Assembly (NCBI GenBank): GCA_902772925.1
Contig: CACYCJ010000270.1
Span: 3,498 to 67,497, forward strand
From: an uncultured Lachnospiraceae bacterium
Lineage (GTDB): Bacteria > Bacillota > Clostridia > Lachnospirales > Lachnospiraceae
DNA: 64,000 nucleotides
Direction of reading: 5' to 3'
Under the pieces are notes generated by a model that had not been told where the DNA came from, made no database searches, and worked only from the letters and a program-made list of their open reading frames with translations. This document shows positions 54,533 to 64,000 of this stretch, piece by piece. The translations under genes were made by a program, and so were the position numbers. How positions within the stretch are numbered: the stretch's first letter is position 1; every line of letters begins with the position of its first letter.

Positions 54533-55015
54533 ATGGCAGATAACAGATTTCTCGGAACAGGTGCAAAATTTCCTTTACAGGTAGATTCTGCTACGGGACA
54601 TATTAAAACGGTTTCGGGCAACCGATCGGTAAAGGAATCCATATATCTCATTCTTATGACACAGGTTACGGAAAGACTTGTAAGACCTAACTTCGGAAGT
54701 GATATGATGAGCTTTGCATTTATGGATACCGGAACGACAATGCTTTCAATCTTAAGAAGAGACATTACACAGACCATAATGAGACAGGAACCGAGGGTTT
54801 CGGATATAGATGTAAAGACGGAATACAGGAATGACATGGGTGCCGTTATAATCAGCATAAATTATCTGGTATCGGAAACGAATACGAAGGATAATCTCGT
54901 ATTTCCTTTCTATCTTGATAAGACCACAAATGTTGAGGACGAAAGCGAAGTTCAGCCGATTGAACGCGGAGTTTATGATAATTCGATGATGGAGGACGAG
55001 GAAGCTTGGACATAG
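54533..55015 (+). CDS. gp25/GPW-like baseplate protein
   Basis: FLGTGAKFP, ESIYLILMT, ERLVRPNFGS, QEPRV and NLVFPFY motifs. Confidence 0.95.
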   Translation: MADNRFLGTGAKFPLQVDSATGHIKTVSGNRSVKESIYLILMTQVTERLVRPNFGSDMMSFAFMDTGTTMLSILRRDITQTIMRQEPRVSDIDVKTEYRNDMGAVIISINYLVSETNTKDNLVFPFYLDKTTNVEDESEVQPIERGVYDNSMMEDEEAWT

Positions 55016-58000
55016 ATAAGCGCAGTGTGAAGGATATAGAAAACAGAATCAGTGAGCTTTCAAGCGGATATGTCCCTGAGTGGCAGTATGATCCCGAACA
55101 TGCCGATATAGGCGGAGCTATCGCAAAGCTGTTTGCATTGCAGATGAAGGAAACTATTGATCTTGAAAATCATGTGATGGATCAATATCATGCCGAGTTT
55201 GTAAATATGATGGATCTGTCCTTAAAAGCTGCAAAGCCTGCGGGTAGTATGGTCAAATTTGATCTTATTGAAAATACTATCCCCGGAACTCAGATACGAA
55301 AAGGAACCAAGCTTATAGCAGGTTCGGCTGATACAGGCGGAAATCAGATCATATTCGAGACTGACAGGGAGGTTTATGTAACTAATTCCCGTATAACCGA
55401 TATGTTTATGACAGACCGTGAAGAAGCCAGCTTTGTGCCCCTTTTAGGACAATTTGCACCCGTTTCGCTTTTGGAAGGCGAAGTCGATATGACGAGAGAA
55501 ACGGATGAATCAATATCGTCCGGGAGAGAGGAAGAAGACTCAGAAAAGCCCGGTTCCGATAATATGATAAAGCTGCGTCCGTTTGTTCTTTTTTCCGAGG
55601 TGGGGAGCATAACAAGAAGCGCACTTGTTATTTATCATGAATCTCTTTTTGATATTGAGAATGAACCCATTTATATCAGAATGACCGGAAACGAAGAGAT
55701 GATTCAGAATATCAGGGACGGAGTATATGTATTTCGTTACTATACCGCCTCCGGTTTTGAAGAGTTTGATACGGTGGTTATACATGATGACGGTGTTACT
55801 GTTGAGCTTAAAAAAAGCAAGGTATGTACACACATGATAGTAGAGGGGAAAAGCTATGCTGTAGTAACCCTCGAAGCAAGTAAGATCGTCATAAATCCTC
55901 TTGAAATTTCCTCTATCGGATTATCGTCATCAGGGCAAAAGAGGAGTGCCGATTTCGTAAGTGACGGCGGAACAGATCTTGATGTAGAAGAATTTGCTCC
56001 GTTCTCGGATACGATGTCCGTATATAATGAATGCTATGTGGGCTATGACCAGTACTTTTCAAAGGGCGGCTCAAGGATCACCTTAAGCTTTCATATGGCT
56101 CACGGAGAGAAGTCACTTTTCCTTACAAAGCAGGAGGAGCAGGCAAACCTAAAGATAATCAAGAAGAAGCCCAAAATGCTTCCTTCGGAAATTCCGGTAG
56201 ATGCCTACTGTGACGAGATATGCATTGAGTATTTTAACGGTCTCGGATGGAAAAAGCTTCCGTTTGAGTCTGATGTTTCTACACTGCTCTCGGGTGCCGG
56301 CTCGGGCATAATTCAGCTGAGCTTTATATGTCCGAATGATTGGGCAAAGGTTCAGGCGGGAGCGTATTTCGGAAGGGCAGTAAGACTTAGGCTTTTAAAA
56401 TCAGATAACTGTTATATAAGACCCGGCATACATCATTATCCCATAATTCAGGAATTCAGAGCGGAATTCACCTATGAAGGGAATTTTGCGGGGCCCGGAA
56501 GACTCTATCGTATAGGAGGAACGAAAAAGGACGATATCACGGATCTTACGAAAAAGGATAAAAAGTTTGTAGCCATGCTGGGTGGCTCCTACAGTGATGA
56601 TGCTCTCTATCTGGGCTTCAATGAGCCGATGGAGGGAGGACCCATCAGTGTTTACTTCGAGATCGAGGATCAGCTTAATATGAATGAGCTGAAGTGTCGT
56701 TTTGAATACAGCGCCACGGAGGGCTTTAAACCGCTGAAGGTAGTTGATAATACAAAGGATTTTTCAAGATCCGGTACGGTAACCTTCATGCCGCCATCAG
56801 ATATGCATAATACGCTTCTTGAAAACAGGAGAAGATACTGGATCAGGATCAGGAGAAACAAGGTAAACGATCGCAAAGAAAAAAAGATGTTCCTGCCTCA
56901 TATAAGCAATGTGATGATGAATGTTGTCAATGTTTCGAATATCGTCACGGGCGTGGAAAAGGACTTTTATATAAGTGATACAAGTCCCAATCAGCATTTT
57001 GCACTGGGACAAAACAACATTCTCGATCTTGAGGTGTGGGTAAATGAAAAAAGAAATATAAGCAGAGATGAAATAGAAAAAATGCAAAGTGACCATCCAG
57101 ATGATATCAGAGTGGAAACTGATATGCTCGGAGGTTATTCTGCCGTATATGTAAGATGGAATGAGGTATCAAGCTTCGACAGAGCTCCCGATCCCAGAAG
57201 CTATGTTGTTGACAGACTCAGCAGTGAGCTCCTTTTCTCTGACGGAGTTAAGGCATATATTCCCAGAGTTACGGATGATGTGGCCTTTAAGGTTAAGATC
57301 CGTACCAGTAACGGATCGGCGGGAAATGTGGATACCGGTACCATCAAGGAAACACTGGGAACGGAGCTTTATATCGAGAATGTATATAATCCCGTTCGTG
57401 CATACGGAGGCTCCGATCTGGAGACTATATCCAAGGCCTTCAGGAGAGGGGCGAACTTCCTCAGCAGCAGGGGAAGATTGGTTACGGCCAATGATTATAC
57501 CTTTGCGATACTTGAATATTCAGACAGTATAGATAAGGTTTCATGTGTATCGGGTCAGACCGTAGACGGAAGAAAAAGACCGGCGGATGTTTCATTCGTG
57601 CTCCTTATGAAGGATTTTATGGAGGGCTCGTTCTCATTCCACCGTATTGCAGCTTCGCTTAAGCAGTATCTTCTTGAAAGGTCACCGCTGACGATATCCG
57701 AGGAGCATGTTTTTATCGTAGAACCGATCTTTGTATCTCTGTCCGTATCGGTATGGGCAGGAGTCAAGGATGAGGATGACAGCTTTGAAACACAGCAGGC
57801 GATAGTCGATATGCTTGAAGGTTATTTTAATCCGGTATCGACAAAGGACAGTGACGGATGGGCGATAGGAGTGATCCCCAGAAGGAACCAGATACTTATG
57901 AAGCTGGGAGCACTTAAGAAAAGGGCAGTTATAAAAAAGACATCAATTATGGCACATTATGTCGATAAAGACGGCGAGCATGAGGTTGATATTGATGATA

Positions 58001-58065
58001 TTGAGGTCAGCCCGTTCATGGTAGTTAGATCGGGTAAACATAAAGCATATATTGAATATGATTGA
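55006..58065 (+). CDS. Baseplate J-like wedge protein (Afp11-like), TTG start
   Basis: YVPEW, IIFETD, FSDG...P, SNGSAGNV, AYGGSDLETI and RLVTANDY motifs. Confidence 0.88.
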   Translation: MDIDKRSVKDIENRISELSSGYVPEWQYDPEHADIGGAIAKLFALQMKETIDLENHVMDQYHAEFVNMMDLSLKAAKPAGSMVKFDLIENTIPGTQIRKGTKLIAGSADTGGNQIIFETDREVYVTNSRITDMFMTDREEASFVPLLGQFAPVSLLEGEVDMTRETDESISSGREEEDSEKPGSDNMIKLRPFVLFSEVGSITRSALVIYHESLFDIENEPIYIRMTGNEEMIQNIRDGVYVFRYYTASGFEEFDTVVIHDDGVTVELKKSKVCTHMIVEGKSYAVVTLEASKIVINPLEISSIGLSSSGQKRSADFVSDGGTDLDVEEFAPFSDTMSVYNECYVGYDQYFSKGGSRITLSFHMAHGEKSLFLTKQEEQANLKIIKKKPKMLPSEIPVDAYCDEICIEYFNGLGWKKLPFESDVSTLLSGAGSGIIQLSFICPNDWAKVQAGAYFGRAVRLRLLKSDNCYIRPGIHHYPIIQEFRAEFTYEGNFAGPGRLYRIGGTKKDDITDLTKKDKKFVAMLGGSYSDDALYLGFNEPMEGGPISVYFEIEDQLNMNELKCRFEYSATEGFKPLKVVDNTKDFSRSGTVTFMPPSDMHNTLLENRRRYWIRIRRNKVNDRKEKKMFLPHISNVMMNVVNVSNIVTGVEKDFYISDTSPNQHFALGQNNILDLEVWVNEKRNISRDEIEKMQSDHPDDIRVETDMLGGYSAVYVRWNEVSSFDRAPDPRSYVVDRLSSELLFSDGVKAYIPRVTDDVAFKVKIRTSNGSAGNVDTGTIKETLGTELYIENVYNPVRAYGGSDLETISKAFRRGANFLSSRGRLVTANDYTFAILEYSDSIDKVSCVSGQTVDGRKRPADVSFVLLMKDFMEGSFSFHRIAASLKQYLLERSPLTISEEHVFIVEPIFVSLSVSVWAGVKDEDDSFETQQAIVDMLEGYFNPVSTKDSDGWAIGVIPRRNQILMKLGALKKRAVIKKTSIMAHYVDKDGEHEVDIDDIEVSPFMVVRSGKHKAYIEYD

Positions 58066-58078
58066 GAGGGCTTTTTGA

Positions 58079-60196
58079 TTGCTTAAGCTTAAAGAAACAA
58101 ATGTAAGAACATATGAAGAAAGAATGGCAGACGCCATTTCGGCCATACCGCTTATCACGGATGACTGGACCAATTTTAATGCATCCGACCCCGGTATAAC
58201 AATACTGGAGAATCTGGTTTTATTTAGTGCGCTTCAAGGCTCAAAGGTTTCCCAGATGAATGATGAGGCAAAACGCGCGCTTCTTAAGATGGTCGGATTT
58301 GAAGCGGAAAAAGGAAAATGTGCAAGACTTCTTTTATCGGCTGACGAGCTTCCCGAGAAGATTCATCTGAAGAATAATCAGAGATTTTTACTGGGTGATA
58401 TGTCATTCGAGACAAGAAAGGTACAGGATGTGGGTGATTGTCATGTCACCGGAATATGTTCGTACTACGATGAGAAATATCATAACTGTAATCATCTGAT
58501 AAACCGGGAATTCGTTGTTCCTACCAAGATATTCGGCGAGTCACCCTCTGTGGATGATGCAATATATTTTATGTGCGATTCGCTTCCCGAGCCCGGAGCC
58601 GAGACTTCATTTTATATTCATGTAGATACATCCTTCAGGAGAAATCCGCTTAAGGACAGATCAAACAATATCTTTGCTTCATTTATTTGGGAATGCTACA
58701 CGAAAAAAGGTTTCGAGGAAATGAAGGTTAAGGATTTTACCGGCGCACTTCTTATGAGTGGTGAGGTAAAGCTTAAGTTCCCGAGAAATGTAAAATATGA
58801 AAAATATAAGATAGATGAAATAGATGGCATGGAGGGCTACTGCATAAGAGCAAAGCTTACAAATGCAGCTTATGATGTAAGACCCCGTATCATGCAGGTT
58901 AACGCATTTCTGTTTGAGGTATGGCAGAAGGATACAAAATCCCTTGTACAAACGTTTCAGCGTGCGGAGCGTCTGAGATTTGTGAGTCCTTATGAAAACG
59001 GAGGATACATTTTATGCTTCGGAAGAGAAGGCAAGGGTGAACCCTACAGGAGATATGAGCTTTCCTTAAATACCGATAAATACGGAAGATACTGCCTGTA
59101 TGAAAAGACAGAAAACGGTGGTATTGTTTTATCCTTCAGCAAGCAGATCTTCGGCTATGAGCCTTCAAGGACGAAGGATGCCGTAAGGGTTGTGGTATAT
59201 AATGAGGAGGTAATGAGGCAATATCATGTCGGCAGAGTACTGGGATATGATGATCAGGAGATAGAGCTCCCGTTCAGACACATTGTTCCCGAAAGCTTCC
59301 TGCTTCTTGCAAAGAGGATAAATAAGGACGGAGAAGAAATCTTTGACTTTTTAAGACCGGGTAAAAATGAGGATGAAGCATTATCCTACTATCTGCTCGA
59401 AACAGACGGAAGAATCGTCATCGAGGATCCGGGAGACTTTATAGGAGCAGAGCTTTATATAGCATCCGTAACCGTAACTGACGGTCCCAAGGGAAATATA
59501 AGAGCAGGAAATTACCTTGTATCACCCGAGTTTTCCGATAAGCCGCTGTTTTATAATCCCGGACCGGGAACCGGCGGTGCTTTTCGCGAAAAGCTGGATG
59601 ATGTAGTGGAGAGATTTCGTAAGGATGTATATACATCCTATACCTGTGTTACCGCAGCCGATTATGAAAAGGCGGTTTCATCGGTTCCGGGACTTTGTAT
59701 CCGTAAGGTAAGAGCAGTAATGGATGAGCTTGATAACCTTGTTCATGTGGCTGTACTGCCCGGAACGGACGAACAGTTCCCCCGTCTTTCCAAGCTGTAT
59801 ATCGAGACAATAACAAATACATTATCCGAATGGAGAATGATAACAACGAGATTTCAGATCCTTTCCCCCATATATGTGGGAGTTCAGGTGAGAATGACGG
59901 TATATGTAAAACGGCAGTTTTCGGACTGTAAGGAACAGATAGAAGAAAAATGCCGTTCACTGATCAATTATATCGACAGCGACAAAAACTTCGGTGAGCC
60001 GCTTATTTTCGAAGATATATTTGCGGGTATAGAAAGTCTTGACTGTGTTGATTATGTATATGAGCTGTTTATACAGCCGGATAATCTTAAGCATGCGGTG
60101 GTCAGGGATTCAAATATTTACCCGGCTGAAAACTGTCTGCTTTATCCCGGACAGATACTTTTGGAAACTATAACTTCTAATACATTGGTAAGGTAA
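58079..60196 (+). CDS. Second baseplate J-like wedge protein, TTG start
   Basis: WTNFNASDPGITILE, GPKGNI, TCVTAADYE, WRMITT and PIYVGV motifs. Confidence 0.9.
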   Translation: MLKLKETNVRTYEERMADAISAIPLITDDWTNFNASDPGITILENLVLFSALQGSKVSQMNDEAKRALLKMVGFEAEKGKCARLLLSADELPEKIHLKNNQRFLLGDMSFETRKVQDVGDCHVTGICSYYDEKYHNCNHLINREFVVPTKIFGESPSVDDAIYFMCDSLPEPGAETSFYIHVDTSFRRNPLKDRSNNIFASFIWECYTKKGFEEMKVKDFTGALLMSGEVKLKFPRNVKYEKYKIDEIDGMEGYCIRAKLTNAAYDVRPRIMQVNAFLFEVWQKDTKSLVQTFQRAERLRFVSPYENGGYILCFGREGKGEPYRRYELSLNTDKYGRYCLYEKTENGGIVLSFSKQIFGYEPSRTKDAVRVVVYNEEVMRQYHVGRVLGYDDQEIELPFRHIVPESFLLLAKRINKDGEEIFDFLRPGKNEDEALSYYLLETDGRIVIEDPGDFIGAELYIASVTVTDGPKGNIRAGNYLVSPEFSDKPLFYNPGPGTGGAFREKLDDVVERFRKDVYTSYTCVTAADYEKAVSSVPGLCIRKVRAVMDELDNLVHVAVLPGTDEQFPRLSKLYIETITNTLSEWRMITTRFQILSPIYVGVQVRMTVYVKRQFSDCKEQIEEKCRSLINYIDSDKNFGEPLIFEDIFAGIESLDCVDYVYELFIQPDNLKHAVVRDSNIYPAENCLLYPGQILLETITSNTLVR

Positions 60197-60197
60197 T

Positions 60198-61295
60198 ATG
60201 GCAAAATATACAATCAGGAAAAACAGAATAAAAACCGCGTGTATAAAAGGCCTTGAATATGATGATGAAAGCTCGCGTCTTCGCCTTTTGCCGGATGGAG
60301 ACGATCAGTGTCTGTTTCTGAGGAGTATAGACGGACTTATTCCCGGCGCAAACTGGGGAAGGCTCTCATTTAAGGTAGATTGTTCGGAGGGCAGAGGCTA
60401 CAGCGTTTATGCCATTGCTTTTGATAATAACGAAATTCTGCAGGGAGACAGGATGCTGAATCTGGATGAATATCTTACCGATCCTGATGTACCGCCAACG
60501 GAAAAGAGGGATTTTCTGATAAGGTCCGGTGCCAAGAGAGCTATCAGGAAGAATGATATTCTCCTTTATGAGCTTAGCGGGCAGTATCTTTATATAGCAT
60601 TTCTGTTTGCAGGTGAAGGTGAGCTTTCTCTGTACGATATGGTCATTGATTCGGTCGGTGATAACTTTATGAATACCTTTCCGGAGGTATACAGAGAGAG
60701 GAACAGCTTTTTCCACAGGTTTATATCTGTATTTTCAAGCATCTACAATGACTTCGATGCGGATATAGAAGCACTTCCGAAGCTCCTCGATCCGATGGTC
60801 TGTCCGGAGGAGTTCCTCATAGTATACGGCTCGTGGATGGGCATAAATCTTGAGGGAGCTTCCCTTGACGTAGATGTTATGAGGATGCTTGTAAATGAGG
60901 CTTATTACCTGAGCAGAATGAAGGGAACTAAAAAAGCCATAGAGCGGGTATTGGAGATCATACTCGGAAAGCCTGCGGTAGTTATTGAGCACAATCGTTT
61001 AAGGTCATGGATAAATGATGAACAGATGGAGCTTCCCGAAGGCTTTAAGACCAGAGGCGTATATGATGTAACGGTAATGGTTTCCGTAAAGCTTACCGAA
61101 GAGCTGCGCCACCAGATAGTATTTATGCTGGATCAGTTCAAACCTGTAAGAACAAATATTACCGTTATGCAGATGGATGAAACACCGATGACCGATTCCC
61201 GTACATATCTGGATATCAACTCGATGCTTCCCGAGGAAAAAGAAGCAAATCTCGACAGCGGTCTGTCTCTGGACGGAACCGTAATATTAAAATAA
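60198..61295 (+). CDS. Baseplate/tail protein with P2 gpI-like domain
   Basis: FPEVY...FFHRFISVF, LLDPMVCPEEFL...SWMG, KGTKKAIE and QFKPVRT motifs. Confidence 0.88.
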   Translation: MAKYTIRKNRIKTACIKGLEYDDESSRLRLLPDGDDQCLFLRSIDGLIPGANWGRLSFKVDCSEGRGYSVYAIAFDNNEILQGDRMLNLDEYLTDPDVPPTEKRDFLIRSGAKRAIRKNDILLYELSGQYLYIAFLFAGEGELSLYDMVIDSVGDNFMNTFPEVYRERNSFFHRFISVFSSIYNDFDADIEALPKLLDPMVCPEEFLIVYGSWMGINLEGASLDVDVMRMLVNEAYYLSRMKGTKKAIERVLEIILGKPAVVIEHNRLRSWINDEQMELPEGFKTRGVYDVTVMVSVKLTEELRHQIVFMLDQFKPVRTNITVMQMDETPMTDSRTYLDINSMLPEEKEANLDSGLSLDGTVILK

Positions 61296-61309
61296 TAAGA
61301 GGTATAAAT

Positions 61310-61609
61310 ATGCACTACACAGAAACGATGGTGGATGATATGATCCAGCTTGACCTGGAAGGAAAAATTGATGCGGTGAACTGCGACGAGTTCCAGGATA
61401 TCATATTAAAAACCTTTTTGAAAACTAATAAAGTAATACTTAATTTTGAACAGATCAAATATATATCCAGTGCCGGTCTGAAGGCTATCATTCTCGGTGA
61501 CAAGACAGCGATATCCAAGGGAGGAAAGCTGATCATAATAAATGTTCAGTCTCAGGTAAGGGATGTATTCAGAGTGACCGGACTGGAAAGTGTCCTGGAT
61601 ATCAGATGA
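61310..61609 (+). CDS. STAS-domain anti-sigma-factor antagonist
   Basis: LEGKIDA, IKYISSAGL (phospho-Ser motif) and VRDVFRVTGL. Confidence 0.93.
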   Translation: MHYTETMVDDMIQLDLEGKIDAVNCDEFQDIILKTFLKTNKVILNFEQIKYISSAGLKAIILGDKTAISKGGKLIIINVQSQVRDVFRVTGLESVLDIR

Positions 61610-61643
61610 GTGAAGTGATTAAAGAAATAAAAGGAGTATAGAA

Positions 61644-62579
61644 ATGTCTAAACTACAGAGAGTTTTTCTGATTGCTTCATGCATCTTGTTTGTTGCAACC
61701 ATTTACAGTCTGTTTTTTTTGAGACCTGTATTTATAATATTATTTTTTGTTTTTCATAGTATAACTATATTTTCATTTTGTTATCAATGCTATTCGGATC
61801 AGGCCGATAAGGCGGTTTCATTCAATACCTACAGGCAGGATATAGGTCTTGAGATTGCGGAAATGGATAAGGAGATAAAAGGACTTTCTCAGGAGCTGAA
61901 AGAAAAGGTAGAAAAGATAAAAGAGCTTAATACGGATATAGATTATGCCAATGCTAAGAGCAGCTCCATTCGGGAGGAAGCCGATAGGATGAGCCTTAGG
62001 ATAATGCATCTTGAGGAGGAAAACAAAGCCTTAAAAAGAGAAAATGATAAGGCTAAGCTCGAACGGTCGAAGAATTCACATGAATACGGTGCACTTCTTC
62101 CTCCTATAACCGGCGAAGAAGAAAGAGAGACGGTAAATATCATAGAGATAGCGGAACAGGCAAAGAATTCTCTTCTTGAAAATGCAAAGGCCGCAAATCT
62201 TGTAGTGACAGTGTCCTGTGCAACAGATACACTTCTGGTGTCGGCGAATCCCGGAAGACTGCTGACATTATTCAGAAATATCATCGACAATTCGATAAAA
62301 TACATGAACAGAGCGGGATCTCTTGTTATAACCATATCCACCATAGGTGATGATATATTTATCGTTCTTAAGGATACGGGAGAAGGGCTTCCTACAGAAG
62401 AAACAAAGTATATCTTTGAACTGAACTATCAAGGTTCAAACCGTATCAGCGGAAACGGACTCGGCCTGGCTCAGGCAAGAGCTATAGTAGAGTATTACGG
62501 TGGTACGATTTATGCAAAGAGTACCGTTGGTAACGGTATGGGTATTTACATTCAGATTCCTGCCGGAGGAAGAGTATGA
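61644..62579 (+). CDS. Membrane GHKL (HATPase_c) kinase-like protein with coiled coil and degenerate H-box region
   Basis: Two TM helices, long coiled coil, NIIDNSIKY (N box), DTGEG (G1), IFE (F) and GNGLGL (G2). Only SHEYGA where an H-box is expected. Confidence 0.85.
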   Translation: MSKLQRVFLIASCILFVATIYSLFFLRPVFIILFFVFHSITIFSFCYQCYSDQADKAVSFNTYRQDIGLEIAEMDKEIKGLSQELKEKVEKIKELNTDIDYANAKSSSIREEADRMSLRIMHLEEENKALKRENDKAKLERSKNSHEYGALLPPITGEEERETVNIIEIAEQAKNSLLENAKAANLVVTVSCATDTLLVSANPGRLLTLFRNIIDNSIKYMNRAGSLVITISTIGDDIFIVLKDTGEGLPTEETKYIFELNYQGSNRISGNGLGLAQARAIVEYYGGTIYAKSTVGNGMGIYIQIPAGGRV

Positions 62580-63277
62580 GTAGAAGAAAGATCAGATTTG
62601 GCATTATAATGGTTTCAATCTTTTACTTTGCAGTAGCTTTTTTGGCTATTTATCTCTTGGACGAGAACAACTCTGTGCTATCGGATCAAAGTATGGCTCA
62701 GATGATCTTCGGTTCCGGTAAAAAAGGCGGGAATTATGAAAGCCCGACATTTTTTTATACAGACACTACCACTGAGATGATGACTGAAACTGACAGTTAC
62801 TACGATGATGTGCCGGTATATACCGAGGAAACTGAAACTGAAGAAATGACTGAAACCGAATCGGAGAGTACTACCGAGACAACAACGGAGAGTACCACCG
62901 AGACAACAACAGAGACGACCACCGAGACAACAACGGAGACAACCACCGAGACAACAACGGAGAAAACCACCGAGACAACTACGGAAAAAACCACCGATAC
63001 TTCTTTAGAAACGGGATATTATTCTTTTACTGCTTTTACGCTGAACAATATCAAGCTTCGTATGAGAGAGGCTCCGAATACCGATTCAAAGGTCGTGACA
63101 TCCTTAAAATCCGGTGCAGCGGGAGTGGTTCTCGAAAAAGGTGAGGAGTGGTCAAAGGTTGCTTCAAACGGCAAGGTCGGATATTGCTTCAATAAATACC
63201 TGAAGTTTAACGAAGTATCGAAGGAAGAATACGATAAGCTGCTCGAAAAGCATAATGCAGCCGAAGGAGATAACTGA
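62576..63277 (+). CDS. Membrane-anchored SH3b-domain protein with Thr/Glu stalk
   Basis: N-terminal TM helix, (TTET)n, then LRMREAPNTDSKVV...EWSKV...GKVGYCFNKYL. Confidence 0.88.
   Translation: MSRRKIRFGIIMVSIFYFAVAFLAIYLLDENNSVLSDQSMAQMIFGSGKKGGNYESPTFFYTDTTTEMMTETDSYYDDVPVYTEETETEEMTETESESTTETTTESTTETTTETTTETTTETTTETTTEKTTETTTEKTTDTSLETGYYSFTAFTLNNIKLRMREAPNTDSKVVTSLKSGAAGVVLEKGEEWSKVASNGKVGYCFNKYLKFNEVSKEEYDKLLEKHNAAEGDN
62869..62997 (+). repeat. In-frame 12-bp repeats encoding TTE(T/S/K)
   Basis: STTETTTESTTETTTETTTETTTETTTETTTEKTTETTTEKTT. Confidence 0.9.
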
Positions 63278-63278
63278 T

Positions 63279-63503
63279 ATGGCATTGGATGACAGGTTAC
63301 TCGGAAATATAAGATCAATAGATAAAAAGGCGGCCAGACAGAATCTCTATTATGCGGAGGAGCCTGACTGGATGATCTATGACGAGAGAAAGGCGCCCGG
63401 TTCTATCAATGATTATAAGGGTATAACCGAGGAAAAGGATTTAAAATCGATCAATACAGCTCCCTCTGTTTTTGAAAAGGGAACTATCTTTCATACGGAA
63501 TGA
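63279..63503 (+). CDS. Small hypothetical protein (74 aa)
   Basis: ATG 63279 after AAGGAG; fills the gap between operon genes. Confidence 0.6.
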   Translation: MALDDRLLGNIRSIDKKAARQNLYYAEEPDWMIYDERKAPGSINDYKGITEEKDLKSINTAPSVFEKGTIFHTE

Positions 63504-63530
63504 TTTTAATGTGATATAGGAGTATACGGA

Positions 63531-64000
63531 ATGCAAAGATATGACAGCGGTCAGGCGGGAGAGCCATTTGAAGATTATGATGAATATATGCAGTATGTCT
63601 TTAACTGTGTTAATACGGCTCTTGACACTTATATTGACAAAATGAAGGTTACATATGCGAGCGATCAGGGAGGATATAAGAGTATATTATATCCCGATAT
63701 CGAGATCGCAGGTGATACCTGTCAAAATAAAATAACCGAATTTTTAGGCGAAAACGATGAGGACAGTGATTCTTCCGAGGATTCCGGCGATGAAGCATCG
63801 GAGGATGGTGAGTACGAAGAGTTTGATGATGATGAAGGTGAGCAGGCAGATGATGAACTGATGGCGCTTCTCGGAGCATTTTCTTCCCCCTCCGGTACAA
63901 AAAAGTCTAAGCCGAAAAAAAAGGAGGTTAAGCTTTCCGTAAGGGAAAGACTCGAATACATTGATAAGAGGGCACAGGCCACGGTCGATTCCGGGACACC
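63531..64000 (+). CDS. 3'-truncated ORF, probably the Afp15/Pvc15-like AAA+ ATPase
   Basis: ATG 63531 after AGGAG; open to the window end (MQRYDSGQ...acidic tract...RLEYIDKRAQATVDSGT). The last segment resembles the N-terminal region of eCIS ATPases, but no Walker motif is inside the window. Confidence 0.5.
   Translation, partial: MQRYDSGQAGEPFEDYDEYMQYVFNCVNTALDTYIDKMKVTYASDQGGYKSILYPDIEIAGDTCQNKITEFLGENDEDSDSSEDSGDEASEDGEYEEFDDDEGEQADDELMALLGAFSSPSGTKKSKPKKKEVKLSVRERLEYIDKRAQATVDSGT

Larger units (their letters stand above)
25073..64000 (+). other. Contractile injection system (eCIS-type) locus with envelope and signalling accessory genes
   Basis: About 29 co-directional, mostly abutting or overlapping genes. 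Full tail and baseplate set; no capsid, portal, terminase or integrase. Confidence 0.92.

Noticed and set aside
39803-61295. Prophage or phage-derived tailocin
   Set aside because: No capsid, portal, terminase, integrase, replication or lysis genes. The Pvc16-like cap, two gp19-like tubes and two baseplate-J genes fit an eCIS-type locus.
25073-64000. Canonical T6SS
   Set aside because: The sheath is a single phage-like protein rather than TssB/TssC, and no TssJ/L/M, TssA or ClpV is recognisable.
1-64000. tRNA, rRNA, IS transposase or integrase genes
   Set aside because: None recognised. The window is almost fully protein-coding and the intergenic gaps are short.

Overview
Moderately AT-rich bacterial DNA. 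The gene content (BspA-type LRR surface protein, AAA/PD-(D/E)XK protein, sigmaA-like promoters, GGAGG RBSs) suggests a Bacillota genome, probably Lachnospiraceae/Eubacterium-like; this is inference. 1-11.8 kb holds a 5'-truncated giant LRR/Ig surface protein, an AAA-nuclease, two small membrane proteins and a membrane MutS-like ATPase. 11.9-19.5 kb is a six-gene Ser/Thr kinase / FHA / PP2C / protease cluster with a hairpin-rich repeat element inside it. 19.6-24.8 kb holds an orphan gene, an eroded hybrid histidine kinase, fdhD and a ParB-N/HAD pair. From 25.07 kb to the window end is a co-directional run of about 29 genes. It encodes a headless contractile injection system (Afp/PVC-like eCIS): Pvc16-like cap, DUF4280 tip, sheath, two tubes, chaperone, two tube initiators, split spike, gp25, two baseplate-J proteins, a P2 gpI-like protein and the probable start of the AAA ATPase. 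The same run carries an unusual envelope/signalling set: membrane pseudokinase, pseudo-cyclase receptor, MORN protein, secreted TolC-like protein, Gly-Ser/helical-repeat surface protein, STAS, GHKL kinase and SH3b anchor. No lysis or toxin genes are visible in the window. Fine-scale signals include a candidate -1 frameshift in the chaperone gene, a 94-nt G-U-rich hairpin after the tube gene and a tube protein with twelve 29-aa repeats. All family assignments are motif recognition by eye, not database results.
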